In this document: one piece after another, positions 60,733 through 64,000 of the stretch | How the letters are laid out: every line of letters starts with the position of its first letter | Numbering within the stretch: position 1 is the stretch's first letter | From: Mobula hypostoma | Taxonomy: Eukaryota | DNA: 64,000 nucleotides | Direction: 5' to 3' | Assembly: GCF_963921235.1 (NCBI RefSeq) | Contig: NC_086097.1 | Location: forward strand, 77,254,001 to 77,318,000 | The notes under the pieces: generated by a model | Seen by the model: only the letters and a program-made list of their open reading frames with translations | Told to the model about the DNA's origin: nothing | Database searches by the model: none | Made by a program: the position numbers and the translations under genes

Positions 60733-61254
60733 GTGTAGAGATAGAGTGGGTAATTTTAAGCCGGATAGTTTAAGATTTAAAGCACCATTGGCTGCAATCA
60801 CACTAACTTAACAACTCGACACCAAATTCCTGAGATGTATGTGAATTAAAAGGGATAGCATTCCTTTAATGGCCATGACATCACCCTTGGAAAGAGTGGA
60901 CTTGGGCTCTGTGTAAAGCCACATGCAAGCCTGGAGCTGGAGTTCACCCTTACATTCCTTGTATTGGTTCTCAGGTCAATTTGTCAATGCTCCAAGTTTT
61001 TGTTTTTGTCCACATCTATACATTACGTTCATAGACTGCTTGATAGCCCCCATTTACTGAAGTAGGGTTGTAATTCTGAAGTTGGGTGCTTGTGGCTGGA
61101 TTATTATGTCACATTACCTGCCTGCAGTTCACTTGTGGCAATTAAATAATCACAAGCCAGTTTTGCCTCCCAGTCGCCTTCCTCTTTATGCAAGATGAAA
61201 GTACCTGGGCTGGTTGTGACCAAAAGGGGTGAGAAGTAGCTGTTAGCACAAATT

Positions 61255-61495
61255 TTTACAACGCCATCTGTAAGATTGATGTTTGATTCCCATCACTCCG
61301 TATGTTTTCCCCCTGACTGCATGGGTGTCCTCTGTGTGCTTGGTTTCCTCCCACATTCCAAAGACGTATGGTTAGGGTTAGTGAACTATTGGTATACAAC
61401 ATTGGTGCCATAAGTGGCACTTGCAGGCTGTTAAGCACAATCCTCACTCTATGTTTTGATGTATATGTGACAAATAAAGCTAATATTTCTTTATT
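61255..61495 (+). mobile_element. V-SINE-like SINE
   Basis: 'GGTTTCCTCCCACATTCCAAAGACGTATGGTTAGGGTTAGT' and tail GTGACAAATAAAGCTAAT; related to 36270-36590. Confidence 0.65.
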
Positions 61496-62495
61496 CTTGT
61501 TCTCTAAGTGACCATGTGTCTTCTGTACAGCTGTCCAAAAGCTCAATCATTTCCATTTGGTCAGATAGCTGACTGAAAGGAGAGAACTACTAGGGTGCCA
61601 ATGATCGAACAGTAGGGAAGCCTACTCTACCCAAAGAGTAGGGGAGTCAAGATATGGAGTTTGTACGTCTACTCAAATGGTGGCTATGGGTTAATGAGAT
61701 GTGAGAGGAAGATTAAGTATGAATATGCCATCATCTCATGAGCTATTGCTGGGTCTGGGCATAATAAATACTAGCACCCCATCCTTGAAGACACAACACA
61801 AGTTTTGATTGGTCTTTGTATTGGGTCCAAACAACAGCAAGTTAATCACACATCACAATCTCAGTGCATGCTGTCATGCACCCTCTCCTCCCAGTAGTTT
61901 ATTCACATTCTAACATTAGTTTAGAGGAATCTGTTTAAGCAATTACTCAACCAATTGGAGTGGAAAAGAATTTGCTGTAAAGATGATGTTTTCACCATCC
62001 TTTATAAATAAATTATTCTACAGCGCATAATATGTTAAACATTGTAAAAATATTATTGCATCCGCTTTAACACCCTGTTCATAAATCCTTGCTTCATGTA
62101 ATATTTTTGTTACAATGCTGTGTCAAGGCTTTATCATTATAAAATCCAATGTATATATTGGTAATTAAAACTGCCTACATAAACTTGTCATATTGTGGTT
62201 ACATTTTTCCACTTGTGGTATTATTGGAGCCCATTAATATTATGTTCCTTAGCTCTTTAGCTATTCTACAGAAAAAAGTTAATTATGCCACAACTTCTGT
62301 GGTTTTCAAATTTCTGCAAGTTTTGTTACTTGATCATAAGAGATACCAATTTGCGGCATAGGAACAAAGTATTACAGAGCACTACAGCACACAAACAGGC
62401 CATTCTGCCCATTTAGTCCTTGCCAACCTGTTATTCTGCATAGACCCATTGACCCACACCTGGACCATTCCCCTTCCCTGCCAGCAGGCATTGGA

Positions 62496-64000
62496 GCAGC
62501 TCGTCACTCATAAACGAGGACCCTCTGTCACTGTGGATCTAGCATGGGTGTCCAAACAGAGTGAAGGGCTTGCACAGGGCTTTTATAACTGGCGTGGTAG
62601 TGGTGTCTGGGCAGGGGATGGCGAAGGGGAACCATGAGTACTCGTCAATAACATTAAGAAAGTACACATCGCGGTCGGTGGAGGGAAGGGGGCCCTTAAA
62701 GTCAACGGTCAGTTGCTTAAAGGGGCGGGTGGCCTTGATTAGTTGTGCCTTTTCAGGTCGGTAGAAGTGCGGTTTGCACTCTGCGCAGACTTGACAGTCC
62801 CTGGTCATCGTCCTGATCTCCTCAAGAGAGTAAGGCAGGTTCTGGGCTTTCACGAAGTGGAAAAGCCGGGTGACCCCCGGGTGGCAAAGATCTACATGTA
62901 GGGCATATAGCCGGTGGATCTGCGTGTTGGCGCACGTTCCCCGGGATAGAGCATCGGAGGGCTCATTGAGCTTCCCAGGCCTGTACATGGTGTCATAGTT
63001 GTAGGTGGAGAGTTCGATTCTCCACCTCAGAATTTTATCATTTTTGATTTTGCCCCACTGTTGGTTATTAAACATGAATGCGACTGAGCGCTGGTCAGTC
63101 AGCAGGGTGAACTCTTTGCCGGCGAGATAGTGCCACCAGTGCCTAATAGCTTCCACTATGGCCTGGGCCTCTTTCTCCACCGTAGACTGCCGAATTTCAG
63201 GGCTTTGAAAGGTATGGGAGAAGAACGCCACCGGTCTTCCCGCCTAATTGAGGGTAGCAGCCAGTGCGAAGTCAGAGGCGTCACTCTCTACTTGGAAGGG
63301 AATGGCCTCACCGCATGCATTGTTGCTTTGGCAATGTCCCCTTTTATGCGGCTGAAGGCCACGCGGGCCTCGGCAGAGAGGGGGAATGTGGTGGACTTGA
63401 CCAGGGGGCGGGCCTTGTCTGCATAGCTAGAGACCCATTGGGTGTAATATGAAAAGAAGCCTAGGCACCTTTTGAGGGCTCTGAGGATGTTGGGAAGAGA
63501 GAGTTCCAACAGGGGGCACATACGGTCGGGGTCAGGGCCAATGACTCCGTTCTCCACGACACACCCAAGGATAGCAAGTCGGGTGGTTCCGAACACACAC
63601 TTGTCCTTGTTATAGGTGAGATTGAAAGCTTTGGCCACTTGGAAAAATTTTTGGAGGTTGTTCTCGTGATCCTGCCGGTCGTGACCGCAGATGGTGATGT
63701 TATCCAGATATGGGAACGTGGCCTTCAGTTGGCACTGGTCCACCATCCGGTCCATTGCCCTCTGGAAGACAGATACACCATTCGTGACACCGAAGGGGAC
63801 GCGCAGGAAGTGGTAAAGCCTGCCGTCCGCCTCGAAGGCAGTGTAAGGGCGGTCCTCCCGGCGGATGGGGAGCTGATGGTAAGCGGATTTTAGGTCTATG
63901 GTCGAGTACACCTTGTACTGTGCTATCGGATTGACCATATCTGCGATGCGGGGTAGAGGGTACGTGTCGAGCTGCGTGAACCTATTGATGGTCTGGCTAT
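62496..64000 (-). mobile_element. pol: Ty3/Gypsy pol fragment (RT-RNaseH-integrase), runs off the window
   Basis: RT 'IDLKSAYHQ...PFGVTNG...YLDN'; RH 'VEKEAQAIVEA...LTDQRS'; IN zinc finger 'H..CHPG...CQVC', 'VDFKGP' and 'HSDRG'. Frameshifts near 63250-63310; integrase truncated at ~62496. Confidence 0.93.

Noticed and set aside
1..64000. Host protein-coding gene, prokaryote-type operon or CRISPR array
   Set aside because: All recognisable ORFs are TE-derived, the remaining short ORFs show no recognisable domain, and there is no regularly spaced repeat-spacer array. Small host exons could still be missed without RNA data.

Overview
This is eukaryotic, repeat-dominated, apparently intronic or intergenic DNA. 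The repeat set (CR1 LINEs with shark/ray-type 3' tails, HE1/V-SINE-like and DeuSINE-like SINEs, Penelope-derived short repeats, Rex1/Babar, Nimb/I, Tx1) points to a cartilaginous fish, probably a ray; this is inference only. I could not recognise any host protein-coding exon, RNA gene or CRISPR array, and every ORF I can assign is transposon-derived. Main contents: (1) a complete but decayed Tf1/sushi-type chromoviral Gypsy element (692-5676) with a visible self-priming signal instead of a tRNA PBS; (2) a second, gutted sushi-like element (41884-49755) invaded by a Nimb/I LINE that itself carries a solo LTR; (3) a Rex1/Babar LINE containing a CR1 that contains a solo LTR of the same family; (4) two near-identical young CR1 copies in inverted orientation; (5) many Penelope-derived repeats carrying minimal hammerhead ribozyme motifs, including a palindromic 205-bp insert with a 14-bp TSD; (6) three non-coding 0.7-1.1 kb retroposons with an AGATGGCAC head and a Rex1-like tail; (7) Tc1, hAT-MITE and Tigger-like relics; (8) a GC-rich Gypsy pol with a YLDN motif at the right edge; (9) a perfect 21-bp hairpin covering a candidate micro-exon splice donor. 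Boundaries are exact where TSDs or termini are quoted and approximate elsewhere. Family names come from motif recognition, not database searches.
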